This document shows, piece after piece, positions 1-9,550 of a stretch of 64,000 nt of DNA. This stretch comes from an uncultured Gammaproteobacteria bacterium (GTDB taxonomy: Bacteria; Patescibacteriota; Microgenomatia; CAZETR01; Amesbacteraceae). The first letter of the stretch is position 1. Each line of letters opens with the position of its first letter. Made by a program: the position numbers and the translations under genes. Location of the stretch: the NCBI GenBank assembly GCA_964633995.1, contig CAZWKN010000004.1, forward strand, positions 1,260 to 65,259. The letters are read 5' to 3'. The notes beneath the pieces are model-generated. The model was not told the origin of the DNA. It made no database searches and saw only the letters and a list, made by a program, of their open reading frames with translations.

Positions 1-480
1 TTGAGTTCCAGATGTGCCGCTTGTTTGTAATTTGATCTTTAACAACTGACCCCTTTCAAGCCTACTTGCCGACACGCTTAATGACTCATTTGGGGCTATT
101 TTTTTAGGTTGACCATTGTCAACTACTTCAGTTGAGTCAGTGGCCCAGGTTGGAGATGCTACTCTCAGTAGGGACTCGGTGGTTATGAGTTCATTTATTG
201 GTTGGAAATTGGCGTTACCTGGTCCAATTTGGGGAAGCCCCGATATCAATGGGTGGCGAACATTGATTGCGTCGGTCAGGCTTGTTTGAGGAGGGTCCGG
301 GATAAATTGGATTCCTGCCTCAAGGTGATCTGTGACAGCTTGTGCTAGATTTCGCGCGGCAGTTACTTGAAGTTCGTCGTAAGGTGTTCTTTTATCAAAT
401 TCTGGGATAGCTTGTAATGAAACTCTATGTTCTGGCTCTGCTGAAACAACTTGCTCTGCCGGAGGTTCTTCGTCTGCCAT
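1..480 (-). CDS. hypothetical protein, N-terminal part (ORF runs off window start)
   Basis: Open frame on the minus strand from ATG at 478-480 to position 1 with no stop (MADEEPPAEQVVSAEPEH...). It is missing from the ORF track only because it is truncated by the window edge. Confidence 0.4.
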   Translation of the reverse strand, partial: MADEEPPAEQVVSAEPEHRVSLQAIPEFDKRTPYDELQVTAARNLAQAVTDHLEAGIQFIPDPPQTSLTDAINVRHPLISGLPQIGPGNANFQPINELITTESLLRVASPTWATDSTEVVDNGQPKKIAPNESLSVSASRLERGQLLKIKLQTSGTSGTQ

Positions 481-501
481 GGGAGAATTTTAGCATGATC
501 A

Positions 502-510
502 TGTATAATT
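502..510 (+). promoter_or_regulatory. extended -10 promoter element (TGTATAAT) about 10 nt upstream of tRNA-Ile
   Basis: aTGTATAAT lies immediately 5' of the tRNA. The same TGTATAAT motif recurs upstream of rpsA and of the 15198 gene. Confidence 0.35.
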
Positions 511-520
511 TGGGAAGTTT

Positions 521-592
521 GGGCTGCTAGTTTAGCGGTATAACGCGTTCCTGATAAGAACGAGGTGCTAGGTTCGACTCCTAGGCAGCCCA
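521..592 (+). tRNA. tRNA-Ile (anticodon GAT)
   Basis: Cloverleaf: acceptor GGGCTGC/GCAGCCC, anticodon stem CGTTC/GAACG with loop cTGATaa, T-arm CTAGG-TTCGACT-CCTAG, discriminator A. Confidence 0.85.
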
Positions 593-600
593 CAACAGAT

Positions 601-728
601 TTAACGCGTTCCTGATATGGAAGGAATTCTTCTTTTCGCTATCGCTCAAAGGTCCTTCCATATAACTCACTCGTTTTTACGAGTTCGTTAGAAGAACGAG
701 GTGCTAGGTTCGACTCCTAGGCAGCCCA
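601..728 (+). repeat. partial direct duplicate of the tRNA-Ile 3' half (D-stem 3' strand to acceptor 3' end), interrupted after anticodon-loop position 37 by an 83-bp hairpin-containing insert
   Basis: ttaacgcgttcctgata and agaagaacgaggtgctaggttcgactcctaggcagccca are exact copies of tRNA-Ile segments. They are separated by tggaagg...ccttcca, an inverted repeat. Confidence 0.5.
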
Positions 729-738
729 CATTGATTGA

Positions 739-1284
739 TCAAACAACAGGGATGGATGATTGTGTTTGTTGTTGTAATTCCTTGGTCGCTAGCTGTTTTG
801 CAGCAGTATAGACTAACATTTCGGCAAATTCACGGGTTTGTACATGTTTATGATTAATAACTCCCTGATTGCTAGGGTCACGATTGAGTCCTACCTCTGT
901 AAGTTGTTTTAACCAGGCCGTTTTTTTGTCTTGATGGGTTTCTCCATAAGCAGCCTTTGCGGCATATAGATCAAGAACCGAGCCAATATCGGCAGCCAAT
1001 TGGGGATTTGTTTTGGGGGTTGGAGGAGGTTTGCGCTCGTCTGTAATGTAAGAGGAGACAACATACGCTACTGCTTCGCGAAAAGTAGCTCTTGCGTCTC
1101 CGTTCTCAAGATAGTCATAGTAATTTTCAAAATTAATTGCCAGTTGGGTTGCAAGAACAAGAGCACGTTGATAACGATCTAACTCTGCGGGTTTTGCTTC
1201 TCCGGCAAAATATTTTAAAAACTTTAGTGTCGTCCCTTGGATTTGTTCGGTGGTTATATTTGCCCTGGCATCGATCGGTGACAT
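739..1284 (-). CDS. hypothetical protein (181 aa)
   Basis: Intact ORF with no recognisable motif. It sits directly downstream of the tRNA-Ile duplication. Confidence 0.5.
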   Translation of the reverse strand: MSPIDARANITTEQIQGTTLKFLKYFAGEAKPAELDRYQRALVLATQLAINFENYYDYLENGDARATFREAVAYVVSSYITDERKPPPTPKTNPQLAADIGSVLDLYAAKAAYGETHQDKKTAWLKQLTEVGLNRDPSNQGVINHKHVQTREFAEMLVYTAAKQLATKELQQQTQSSIPVV

Positions 1285-1309
1285 TGTTATTTGATTATAG
1301 CAGCCGAAT

Positions 1310-1573
1310 CTAGGAAGTTTCTCTCAGTTTTTTATTGGTGCGTCTGACTGCGTGGTTTGGTAATGGTATGTGTTTTGACTGTAACAGATGTAGTTCCACT
1401 GCCGTGGCCACTTGATGTCTGGCGTGAGCCAACGCTCGGAATAGTTGAAATTTCTTCCAAAAGACAATTTCTTGTGGAGTGGCTTTGGTTATTTCATCTC
1501 TCGGAAATGGATCTGGCGTTTGAACGGTTACGGCCTTAAAAAAACCGAAGTATGCTTCTTTGGGGTGGGCCAT
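1310..1573 (-). CDS. hypothetical small protein (87 aa)
   Basis: ORF co-oriented with, and 25 bp upstream of, the 181-aa ORF. Confidence 0.4.
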   Translation of the reverse strand: MAHPKEAYFGFFKAVTVQTPDPFPRDEITKATPQEIVFWKKFQLFRALAHARHQVATAVELHLLQSKHIPLPNHAVRRTNKKLRETS

Positions 1574-1606
1574 TGAGCTAATATCTATTATAAATTATAA
1601 TGCAAG

Positions 1607-2611
1607 GTGATGAAAAAGTGGATTAACAAGAGGAATATTGCGATTTTAGTCGTAGTGGTTTTGGTGGGGGGGTGGTGGTACATTGGCAACCAAAAAACTA
1701 AAAACAAAAAACTAACGACCAAAGTTGTGGTGGTGGAGAAAAAGGATGTGGTGCAGACGCTCACATTGTCGGGAAAGATAAAGGCTGAAAAAATGGCAGA
1801 GTTAAAATTTTTGACTTCCGGGAGGCTTTCTTTTTTGAGAGTGAAAAGTGGCGATAGTGTAAAAAATGGGGAATGGTTGGCAGGTCTTGATACCGGAGAT
1901 TTACAAGCAGCGGTGACTAAAGCTTGGTATGCATATTTAACGGCTGACGCGAATGCTAAGGAAGTGGAAGATTTGGTAAAAAATCATGATAAAGATGAAA
2001 CCTTTGCTCAAAAAAACGACAGGATAGCTGCTCAAGTTGCAAGAGATAGCGCATATGAGACTTGGTTATCTGCACGTAGGGCTGCGGATTATGCCATATT
2101 GAAGGCACCATTTGATGGTGTTGTCACAAATTTGAATATTGGTGGAGTGGGGGAGATTGTGGGGATAACTAGTGGGCTTACGGTTGTGGACCCTGCAAGT
2201 TTGTATTTTGAAGTAGAAATAGATGAATCAGATCTGGGTAGGGTGAATGTGGGACAAAACGTAGGTGTTAAGTTGGATGCATTTTCGGATAAAGTTGTAG
2301 ATGGAAAGTTGGAAGAAATAGAGTTTGTGTCTCGTTTATCTGATACCGGGGCTAATGTGTATCCGGCGAGGGTTAAATTGACAACGGACAATGGACAATT
2401 GACAATTTTAAGGTTGGGGATGAAGGGGGATGCGGTGTTGGTACTGGGGGAGGCCAAAGGAGTGTTAGCTCTTCCGATTGAGGCGGTAATCGATGGAAGT
2501 GTCGTGACTCCTGATGGTAAAAAATTAAAAGTAGAAACGGGGTTGGAAAGTGAAAACGATGTAGAGATAAAGTCGGGTTTAGCTGAGGGCGACAAGGTAG
2601 TAGTTAAATGA
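1607..2611 (+). CDS. efflux periplasmic adaptor / membrane fusion protein (HlyD/MacA family)
   Basis: N-terminal TM, coiled-coil, biotinyl-lipoyl-like and beta-barrel segments (LAGLDTGDLQ..., ILKAPFDGVV). ATGA overlap with the downstream ABC ATPase. Confidence 0.8.
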   Translation: MMKKWINKRNIAILVVVVLVGGWWYIGNQKTKNKKLTTKVVVVEKKDVVQTLTLSGKIKAEKMAELKFLTSGRLSFLRVKSGDSVKNGEWLAGLDTGDLQAAVTKAWYAYLTADANAKEVEDLVKNHDKDETFAQKNDRIAAQVARDSAYETWLSARRAADYAILKAPFDGVVTNLNIGGVGEIVGITSGLTVVDPASLYFEVEIDESDLGRVNVGQNVGVKLDAFSDKVVDGKLEEIEFVSRLSDTGANVYPARVKLTTDNGQLTILRLGMKGDAVLVLGEAKGVLALPIEAVIDGSVVTPDGKKLKVETGLESENDVEIKSGLAEGDKVVVK

Positions 2612-3285
2612 CTCCAGTAGTCGAATTTAAAAACGTCAGTCGAGTGTATGGAGATCCTGCAAACGAGGACAGTTTGGTGACTGCGTTAAACAACGTGTCG
2701 TTCAAGATTGAAAAAGGAGAGTTTGTGGCTATTACTGGGCCTTCGGGATCGGGGAAATCAACACTTTTGCACCTGATAGGTCTATTAGATCGGCAAAGCA
2801 GTGGGGAGATATTAGTTGATGGGACGAATACCAAAAAATTGAATGATAATAAATTGGCGAAACTGCGAAATGAAAAAATAGGATTTGTGTTCCAACAATT
2901 TAACCTACTTCGGGCAACTCCGGCTATTACAAATGTGGAGTTGCCAATGATCTATAGGCGAGTTGTTGGAAACGTAAGACGAGAAAAAGCAAAAAAAGAG
3001 TTAACCATGGTAGGACTTGGTGGAAGACTTATGAACAAACCGTCTCAGCTGTCTGGTGGGCAGCAGCAAAGAGTGGCGATTGCCAGGGCACTGGTTACTG
3101 ACCCCTCTTTGCTATTGGCTGATGAGCCGACGGGAAATTTGGATAGCAAAACCGGTCTAGAAATATTGGAACTTTTTGAAGATTTGCACAAAAAGGGAGT
3201 GACGATAGTCCTTGTGACTCACGACCCCAACATTGCCAAGCGGGCCAAAAGGCAAATTGTGATTGTAGATGGGGGGGTGAAATAA
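2608..3285 (+). CDS. ABC transporter ATP-binding protein (MacB/LolD type)
   Basis: Walker A GPSGSGKST, signature LSGGQQQRVAIARAL, Walker B LLLADEPTGNLD, H-loop VTHD. Confidence 0.9.
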   Translation: MTPVVEFKNVSRVYGDPANEDSLVTALNNVSFKIEKGEFVAITGPSGSGKSTLLHLIGLLDRQSSGEILVDGTNTKKLNDNKLAKLRNEKIGFVFQQFNLLRATPAITNVELPMIYRRVVGNVRREKAKKELTMVGLGGRLMNKPSQLSGGQQQRVAIARALVTDPSLLLADEPTGNLDSKTGLEILELFEDLHKKGVTIVLVTHDPNIAKRAKRQIVIVDGGVK

Positions 3286-4485
3286 ATGGACACAATTGAA
3301 TTATTTAAATCGGCCACCAGGGCGATAAGAACTAATAAGACCAGATCGTTTTTGACGACGTTGGGAATTATTATTGGTGTGGCGTCGGTAATTTTGTTGG
3401 TATCTATCGGGTCTGGACTGCAAAGTTTTGTGACCAAAGAGTTTGAGTCTTTGGGGTCGAACATATTGTTTATTTCACCCGGTAAGGTAAGTTTTTCCGG
3501 TGGTCCGCCTCAAAACGTAGAAGCCAAATTTGATTTCGAGGACGTAAAAAATATCAGCAATATGGGAGGGCCTATTGTGAAAGCAGCGGGAATGATTGCT
3601 AAGGGATCGACTATCAAATATAAATCTAAGTCGTATTACGGTAACATAGCCGGGACAAACGAATCTTATTTAGAGTATGGGAATGTCAAAATAGAGAGTG
3701 GAAAATTTTTTGGTAAAAACGATGTGGAGAGAAGTGCTCTGGTGGCGGTAATAGGGCACAAAATTTATACTGAGTTATTTGCCTCGGGGGAAAACGCCGT
3801 TGGTAAGCAAATTAGTGTTGTTGGAGCCAAGTTGACAGTGATAGGGGTTTTGCAGGAAAAGGGTGGGGGGTTGGGGGGTGCATCTGATGATAATTCGTAT
3901 GTGGTAATGCCGGTGACGACGGTAAGTAAAATCACCGGGATTAAAAAACCGGCTGCTGTGATGGTAAGGACGCAAACCGCCGATGATACTGGAAGGGCGG
4001 CCAGTATGATCAAGAAATATTTCTATAGAAGAGACTTGACCGATGACGACTTTACGATCATGGAGCCTAAAGAATTGTTGAGTTCGATAAATCAATTTTT
4101 GGGAGTAGTGACTGGGGCGCTGTCGGGAATTGCTGCGATTTCTTTGGTAGTGGGCGGGATTGGGATTGCTAATATTATGTTGGTATCAGTAACCGAAAGA
4201 ACAAGAGAGATTGGACTTCGTAAAGCATTGGGGGCGACTAATGCTGATATTTTGAGACAATTTTTGATTGAATCGGTTTTGTTGTCGGTGTTGGGAGGAG
4301 GGATTGGAATTGGAATTGGATGGGGGTTCTCGTTGCTTCTTAAAAAGTTTATTGAGACGTCTGTGACTTCCCAGTCTGTAATTATGGCGTTTGGTATATC
4401 TGCAATTGTTGGGGTGTTGTCAGGAATTTTACCCGCTTTGCGGGCGTCGAGACTCAATCCAATTGAGGCTTTGAGGTGGGAGTAA
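3286..4485 (+). CDS. ABC transporter permease (FtsX/MacB-like, 4 TM with large periplasmic domain)
   Basis: MacB_PCD-like periplasmic domain and FtsX C-terminal TM bundle (REIGLRKALGA motif). Adjacent to the ATPase. Confidence 0.85.
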   Translation: MDTIELFKSATRAIRTNKTRSFLTTLGIIIGVASVILLVSIGSGLQSFVTKEFESLGSNILFISPGKVSFSGGPPQNVEAKFDFEDVKNISNMGGPIVKAAGMIAKGSTIKYKSKSYYGNIAGTNESYLEYGNVKIESGKFFGKNDVERSALVAVIGHKIYTELFASGENAVGKQISVVGAKLTVIGVLQEKGGGLGGASDDNSYVVMPVTTVSKITGIKKPAAVMVRTQTADDTGRAASMIKKYFYRRDLTDDDFTIMEPKELLSSINQFLGVVTGALSGIAAISLVVGGIGIANIMLVSVTERTREIGLRKALGATNADILRQFLIESVLLSVLGGGIGIGIGWGFSLLLKKFIETSVTSQSVIMAFGISAIVGVLSGILPALRASRLNPIEALRWE

Positions 4486-5242
4486 CTGGTTTGAGTTTGA
4501 GAGCAAAATAGAGACATTGGGTGGAACTTTGGGCACTGTGGTTTTTGCCAGGGGGAAGGACAAGTGGACGAATAGAAAGAAAGGGAACATCGTAGCCTTT
4601 TGGGTAAACATCAAGGGTGATGGCCTGGTTGTTTCTAGTCCGTAATGCATATTTTGCGTCGACTAAGGTGTTTATGGCAGTTTGCCAATGTAGATAGGCG
4701 AGTTCAGGATTGCCTTCTATTGAATACGCTGCGTTGCTGTGAAAGGGAGAATCATCTGGTGATTTGGGGTCTAGGGTCCACAGGGGGAAAATGATTTCAG
4801 TTACTTGAGGGTTTTCGACATGGGGTGAGACGGCTGAATTTTCACCCAATAATTGTAAGCCGGAAGTAATAATTTCTAAGTCTTGGTCGTGTATGTTAAC
4901 AACGGTTTTTGAAGGTTGTTGATCTTCGAGCCATAAGACTTGGCCTTGAAATTTGACAGGGTTAATGGCATTGAGATCCAGGTTGGAATTTGGGACAGGA
5001 GAAAAAAAGACAGATTCGTTTTGGCGAAGTATGGTATCCCTGCGGTCAGCCTCAATTCGGTCGGGCCAGGGGACACGGTGGACGGCCCAGGAATCGTAAG
5101 TTACGATATCCCTTCTTAGCTCTTCGGGCAAATCCGGCCAAGAGACTCTCTTGGCTACGAGATCGTTGGCCGCTCTGTAATTGGAGTGGGTAGACATTCG
5201 ATGAACAGAATCAAAAAACGATTGGGTGAATAATTCAGGCAT
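4454..5242 (-). CDS. hypothetical protein (262 aa)
   Basis: Intact ORF with no recognisable motif. Its 3' end converges on, and overlaps, the permease end by about 30 nt. Confidence 0.45.
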   Translation of the reverse strand: MPELFTQSFFDSVHRMSTHSNYRAANDLVAKRVSWPDLPEELRRDIVTYDSWAVHRVPWPDRIEADRRDTILRQNESVFFSPVPNSNLDLNAINPVKFQGQVLWLEDQQPSKTVVNIHDQDLEIITSGLQLLGENSAVSPHVENPQVTEIIFPLWTLDPKSPDDSPFHSNAAYSIEGNPELAYLHWQTAINTLVDAKYALRTRNNQAITLDVYPKGYDVPFLSIRPLVLPPGKNHSAQSSTQCLYFALKLKPVTPTSKPQLD

Positions 5243-5279
5243 AGGCGGATATTAAAGTATAAGCGTTATACTGTCAAAC

Positions 5280-5308
5280 TTGACGGACGTTGCCGACAGT
5301 GTTAGACT
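5280..5308 (+). promoter_or_regulatory. candidate sigma70 promoter (TTGACG-17-TAGACT) for the TrmB gene, near-leaderless
   Basis: The -35/-10 spacing is 17 bp. The -10 ends 7 nt before ATG 5315. Confidence 0.3.
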
Positions 5309-5314
5309 AAAGCT

Positions 5315-6172
5315 ATGGATATGATAGAAAAGGTATTGGGAGAGCTGGGGTTATCGGAAAATGAGATAAAGATTTATCGGGCTGCTGTCAGGCATGAGGA
5401 AACGTCACCATATGCTCTATCTAGGGAGACAAATATTCCTAGGACGACTGTGTACGAGGCTATAATGAATTTGGCCCTTAAGGGCTTGGTGACATTGGTT
5501 AAGAGTGATGGTTTTACCAAACAGCAGACAAGAATTGTGGCTAAGAACCCATCTACACTTAGGGAGATCATACGGAATAGTAGGGAGAGATTGACCAGGT
5601 TGGAGGTAGATGTTGTGCAAATATTACCGGATTTGAAGGCGGAATATTTAAAAACTGTGCCTAATGCCCAGGTGAGGTTTTTTTCAGGAATTGAGGGGGC
5701 GGGCGAGGTGTATGGGCGGGTGTATTCGGGCAGGTTGGGTGTATCGGTAGTGGGATGGGATTCTATGATGCCGATGGACAGTTTTGGAAGCAAAAAAATT
5801 AACAAATGGGTGGATCAGGATTTGGATGCTCGAAAATCTGAGAAAAGCATAGTCTTGCTGAATGATTGGACTAAGCATGTAATTGGATACCAGTATGGGA
5901 GGGATAAGAGGTATTTGGATAAAGAATTTAGGTATATTGACGATTCAGGGTGTGTGTTTAACCAAGATATCTATGTGATAGGTGGGTCTGTTTTTGTGGT
6001 AAACGGTTTTAAAGACGAGGCGTGGGGAATGGTAATAAATAGCGAATTATTCGCTCAAACAATGAAATCTATGTTTGAGGTGATGTGGCGGGTGGCTAGG
6101 CCAATCACTGAAGAAATGGTAAAAAGTTGGGGTGAAAACGAGTATTTAAATGAGGAAAGACGAAGGAAATGA
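5315..6172 (+). CDS. TrmB-family transcriptional regulator (N-terminal wHTH)
   Basis: LGLSENEIKIYRAAVRHEETSPYALSRETNIPRTTVYEAIMNLALKGLV is typical of the TrmB HTH. Confidence 0.7.
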   Translation: MDMIEKVLGELGLSENEIKIYRAAVRHEETSPYALSRETNIPRTTVYEAIMNLALKGLVTLVKSDGFTKQQTRIVAKNPSTLREIIRNSRERLTRLEVDVVQILPDLKAEYLKTVPNAQVRFFSGIEGAGEVYGRVYSGRLGVSVVGWDSMMPMDSFGSKKINKWVDQDLDARKSEKSIVLLNDWTKHVIGYQYGRDKRYLDKEFRYIDDSGCVFNQDIYVIGGSVFVVNGFKDEAWGMVINSELFAQTMKSMFEVMWRVARPITEEMVKSWGENEYLNEERRRK

Positions 6173-6180
6173 ATTGGGGT

Positions 6181-6209
6181 TGACAAGGAGTTCTCACCAG
6201 GATAATATA
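6181..6209 (+). promoter_or_regulatory. near-consensus sigma70 promoter (TTGACA-17-TAATAT), probable rRNA operon promoter
   Basis: Perfect -35 with 17-bp spacer, about 150 bp upstream of tRNA-Ala-23S-5S. Confidence 0.5.
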
Positions 6210-6249
6210 CGATTACCTTTCGAGGCCAAGTTTGTTTCATGAAGACTAA

Positions 6250-6260
6250 TGCTTTTTACT
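6250..6260 (+). promoter_or_regulatory. boxA-like antitermination element in rRNA leader
   Basis: TGCTTTTTACT compared with boxA consensus TGCTCTTTAACAA. Confidence 0.3.
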
Positions 6261-6310
6261 TTAAAAAAATCCGGTAGAGTTTAGTTTATCGGCAAAAGCA
6301 GTCTCATGAT

Positions 6311-6336
6311 GGCCTCCGCAAGGAGGCTTTTTTACA
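6311..6336 (+). terminator. GC hairpin + T-run (ggcctccgcaaggaggc-tttttt) in rRNA leader
   Basis: Perfect 7-bp stem with tetraloop, followed by 7 T. Possible attenuator or boxB-like hairpin, or the 3' end of a small leader RNA. Confidence 0.4.
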
Positions 6337-6354
6337 TTTTATAGGCAGGAACTA

Positions 6355-6428
6355 GGGCCCGTAGTTCACCTGGCTAGAACGCGTCATTTGCAATGACGAG
6401 GTAAGCGGTTCGAGTCCGCTCGGGTCCA
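6355..6428 (+). tRNA. tRNA-Ala (anticodon TGC)
   Basis: Acceptor GGGCCCG/CGGGTCC with a G3:U70 pair, anticodon loop tTTGCAa, T-loop TTCGAGT. Confidence 0.9.
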
Positions 6429-7020
6429 CTAAACCTAAAAGTTGGTCCCGACTTCCTCTTGTGGGGAGTCGAGATCAGCTTTGAGGCTGAATCTGGCGAA
6501 ATCCAGATGAGTAGCTCATTGAAAAGTGAAGAGAATTTAATAAGTAGTAGAGTCGTATTTTTTACTTCCGTAATGCAGACAATGGATGCCTAGGATGCTA
6601 GAGCCGAAGAAGGACGTACATAGCCACGAAAGTCGTCGGGGAGCTGCTAAGAAGCTTTGATCCGGCGGTATCCGAATGGGGAAACCCCTCCTATATGGAG
6701 AGTCCGCCGTAAGGCGAGATGGGGCACGTCCCGAACTGAAACATCTAAGTAGGGACAGGAAAAGAAATCACAGAGATTCCGTAAGTAAGCAGCGAGCGAA
6801 AGCGGAACAGCCTAAACCACGCCGCAAGGCGATGGGGTTGCGGGGTCCGCCGCAAGCAATTGATCGAGGATAGGAGAATCCCGTGGAAACGGGAACCAAA
6901 GCAGGTGATAGTCCTTTATCCGAAATCTAAGATCATGCTGGCGGATTCCCAAGTACCATGAGACACACGATCTTGTGGGAATCCGGGGTGACCACACTCC
7001 AAGGCTAAATACTTTAGCAT

Positions 7021-7061
<41 letters not shown>

Positions 7062-7751
7062 GGGTTAAAAACCTAGTGAAATAGAACCTGAAATTGTCTG
7101 CTGGCAAACAGTGAGAGCCCTGTCCCGCAAGGGGTGGGGTGATCGCGTGCCTATTGAAGAATTATCCGGCGAGTTTTCGATTGTTGCGAGTTTAAGCACG
7201 TCAAACGTGTGGAGGCGAAGCGAAAGCGAGTCTTAACAGGGCGCATAGCAGCAGTTGGAAGACCCGAAACCTGGTGAGCTAATCATGAGCAGGGTGAACC
7301 CCGATGAGAATCGGGGGGAGGCCCGAACTCGTTAGAGCTACAAATCTATGAGATGACTTGTGATTAGAGGTAATATGCCAATCGAACCAGGAGATAGCTG
7401 GCTCTCCCCGAAATATATATAGGTATAGCCCTAAAGCCAACTGATATGTGGTAGAGCACTGGATGCTTTCTGCAGCTTCACCGCTGTTGCGAGCAATCAA
7501 ACTCCGAATACGTATCAGAGTGCTTTGGGAGTCAGAACGACCCGGCTAAGCGGGCCGCTCTAAAGGGAAACAACCCAGACTGTCGTCTAAGGCCTCTAAA
7601 TAATGACTTAGTGTTGAACGCAGTTGAATTCCTCAGACAGCCAGGAGGTTGGCTCAGAAGCAGCCATCCTTTAAAGAAAGCGTAACAGCTCACTGGTCGA
7701 TTTGGGAGTTTGGCGCGGAAAATGAACCGAGGCTCAAGTCATTTGCCGAAG

Positions 7752-7848
7752 ACACAGATATTCGTGCTTCGCACAAAATTTATCATTTGTCATTTTACAT
7801 TTGATCATTCAATTGATGAAATGAAAAATGTTTAAATGGTTAATTTCG
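7752..7848 (+). other. AT-rich roughly 95-nt insertion in 23S helix 45 (IVS-like expansion)
   Basis: It replaces the short helix-45 tip (E. coli about 1170) between CCGAAG... and ...GGTAGGGGAGCGTT. At roughly 80% AT it contrasts with the flanking rRNA. Confidence 0.45.
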
Positions 7849-8596
7849 CGCGGAGCGCGGATGTGGTAGGGGAGCGTTGAAAGAGCTGTGAAGCATACGC
7901 CGTAAGGCGGTGTGGAGCGACTTCAAGTGAGAATGCCGGAATGAGTAGCGTTAACTCCGATGAGAATTCGGAGCGCCGAATACCCAAGGTTTCCTCCGCA
8001 ACATTTATTGTCGGAGGGTTAGTCGGCACCTAAGGTGAGGCCATAGTGGGCGTAACCGATGGACGAGCCGTTTAGATTCGGCTACATAAAATATATCGTT
8101 ATGAGCTAGGGACGGACTGAAAAGGAGTATCCAGGCGCATGCAGTGAATGTGGCGTCTAAGCAGTGAGATAGTGAACTTAGGAAAATCCGAGTTTGCGTT
8201 TTAAGTCGAGCTGTTATGGGAAGACTTGCGAGAAATTGTGAGACAACCTGGAGTGCTTCATTTTACGAGAAAATGTTCGTAGCCAGATGTATTTTATGCC
8301 GTACCGCAAACCGACACTGGTGGGTGGGTCGAGTAGACCAAGGCGTTCGGGAGAAGGTAGTTCAAGGAACTCGGCAAAAAAGCTGGACGTAATCTAGAGA
8401 GATGTCCTTCCCGCCTTTGGCGGGACGCAGCAAAAGCTTATTCCTCGACTGTTTAACTAAAACACAGGTCCATGCAAACTCGAAAGAGAAAGTATATGGG
8501 CTGAGGCCTGCCCAGTGCTCGTAAGTTAAGTGGATGGGTGTTAAAGCCCTGAAATGAAGCCCGAGTGAACGGCAGCAGTAACTATAACTGTTCTAT

Positions 8597-8638
<42 letters not shown>

Positions 8639-9148
8639 CGGCTTAACGAGGGAATAACTGTCTTGAACTATCACCCGGCGAAATTGAAATGGCTGTGAAG
8701 ATGCGGCCTAACTCTACTAGGACAAAAAGACCCTATGGAGCTTTACTGTACTCTGGCCCTGTTTCGGATTTTAAAATAGTTTAGTGTAGGAGGGAGCCTT
8801 CGGGCGACAATGAAACACCTCTCGTTTTGGAATCTCGAAACTAACCTATGCCGTCTGGAAACGACGGTGGAGACAAGGTCAGACGGGCAGTTTTACTGGG
8901 GAGGTATCCTGCTAAAGAGTAACGCAGGAGTGCCAAGGTGCTCTAAGCTCGGATGGAAATCGAGCTAGTCGTGTAACGGCATAAGAGCGCTTGACTGCGA
9001 GAGGGACACCTCGAGCAGGTGCGAAAGCAGGTCGTAGTGATCCTCGGATCCCTCGTGGGAGGGACCGGGCTTAACGGATAAAAGCTACCCTAGGGATAAC
9101 AGGCTGATCGCCGCCAAGAGTCCATATCGACGCGGCGGTTTGGCACCT

Positions 9149-9433
9149 TAACCAAATGGTATCGGGGTGTGTTGCCAGTAATGGCATTAGCAAGCTTTGT
9201 TATATGTATAATATTTTTTACTGACTCATATCGGAGAACTCCTTATAAAACGAACAATATAAGGAAAACCCCGAGGGAAGGCCGCCTATGGCGGCCCCCG
9301 TATCGACTTGTGGTTTCAAGACCACGGAGCCGTCTTTTTTAAGACGAGCTAAGACGTCAGCCCCTACTTTGGGTGAATTAACTTAAAGAGGGTGAAGGTA
9401 TAGTCAGCGCTTCGTGTAAACGAAGTCGACACG
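9149..9433 (+). ncRNA. candidate group I intron in 23S rRNA at the E. coli U2500-equivalent site
   Basis: The 285-nt insert exactly splits the conserved GGCACCU|CGAUGUCGG. The 5' exon ends in U and the insert ends in G. An internal guide GGGTG (9164-9168) can pair with exon CACCU with a U.G wobble at the splice site. No ORF is present. Confidence 0.5.
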
Positions 9434-9501
9434 CGATGTCGGCTCATCCTATCCTGGAGGGGCAGTACCTTCCAAGGGTCCGGCTGTTCGCCGGTTAAAA
9501 G

Positions 9502-9550
<49 letters not shown>

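Noticed and set aside
363-593. 76-aa minus-strand ORF
   Set aside because: It overlaps the tRNA-Ile gene and its promoter. The real coding frame in 1-480 is the edge-truncated minus ORF starting at 480.
2089-2595. 168-aa antisense ORF inside the membrane-fusion-protein gene
   Set aside because: Low-complexity Ser/Thr/Pro translation antisense to a well-supported gene.
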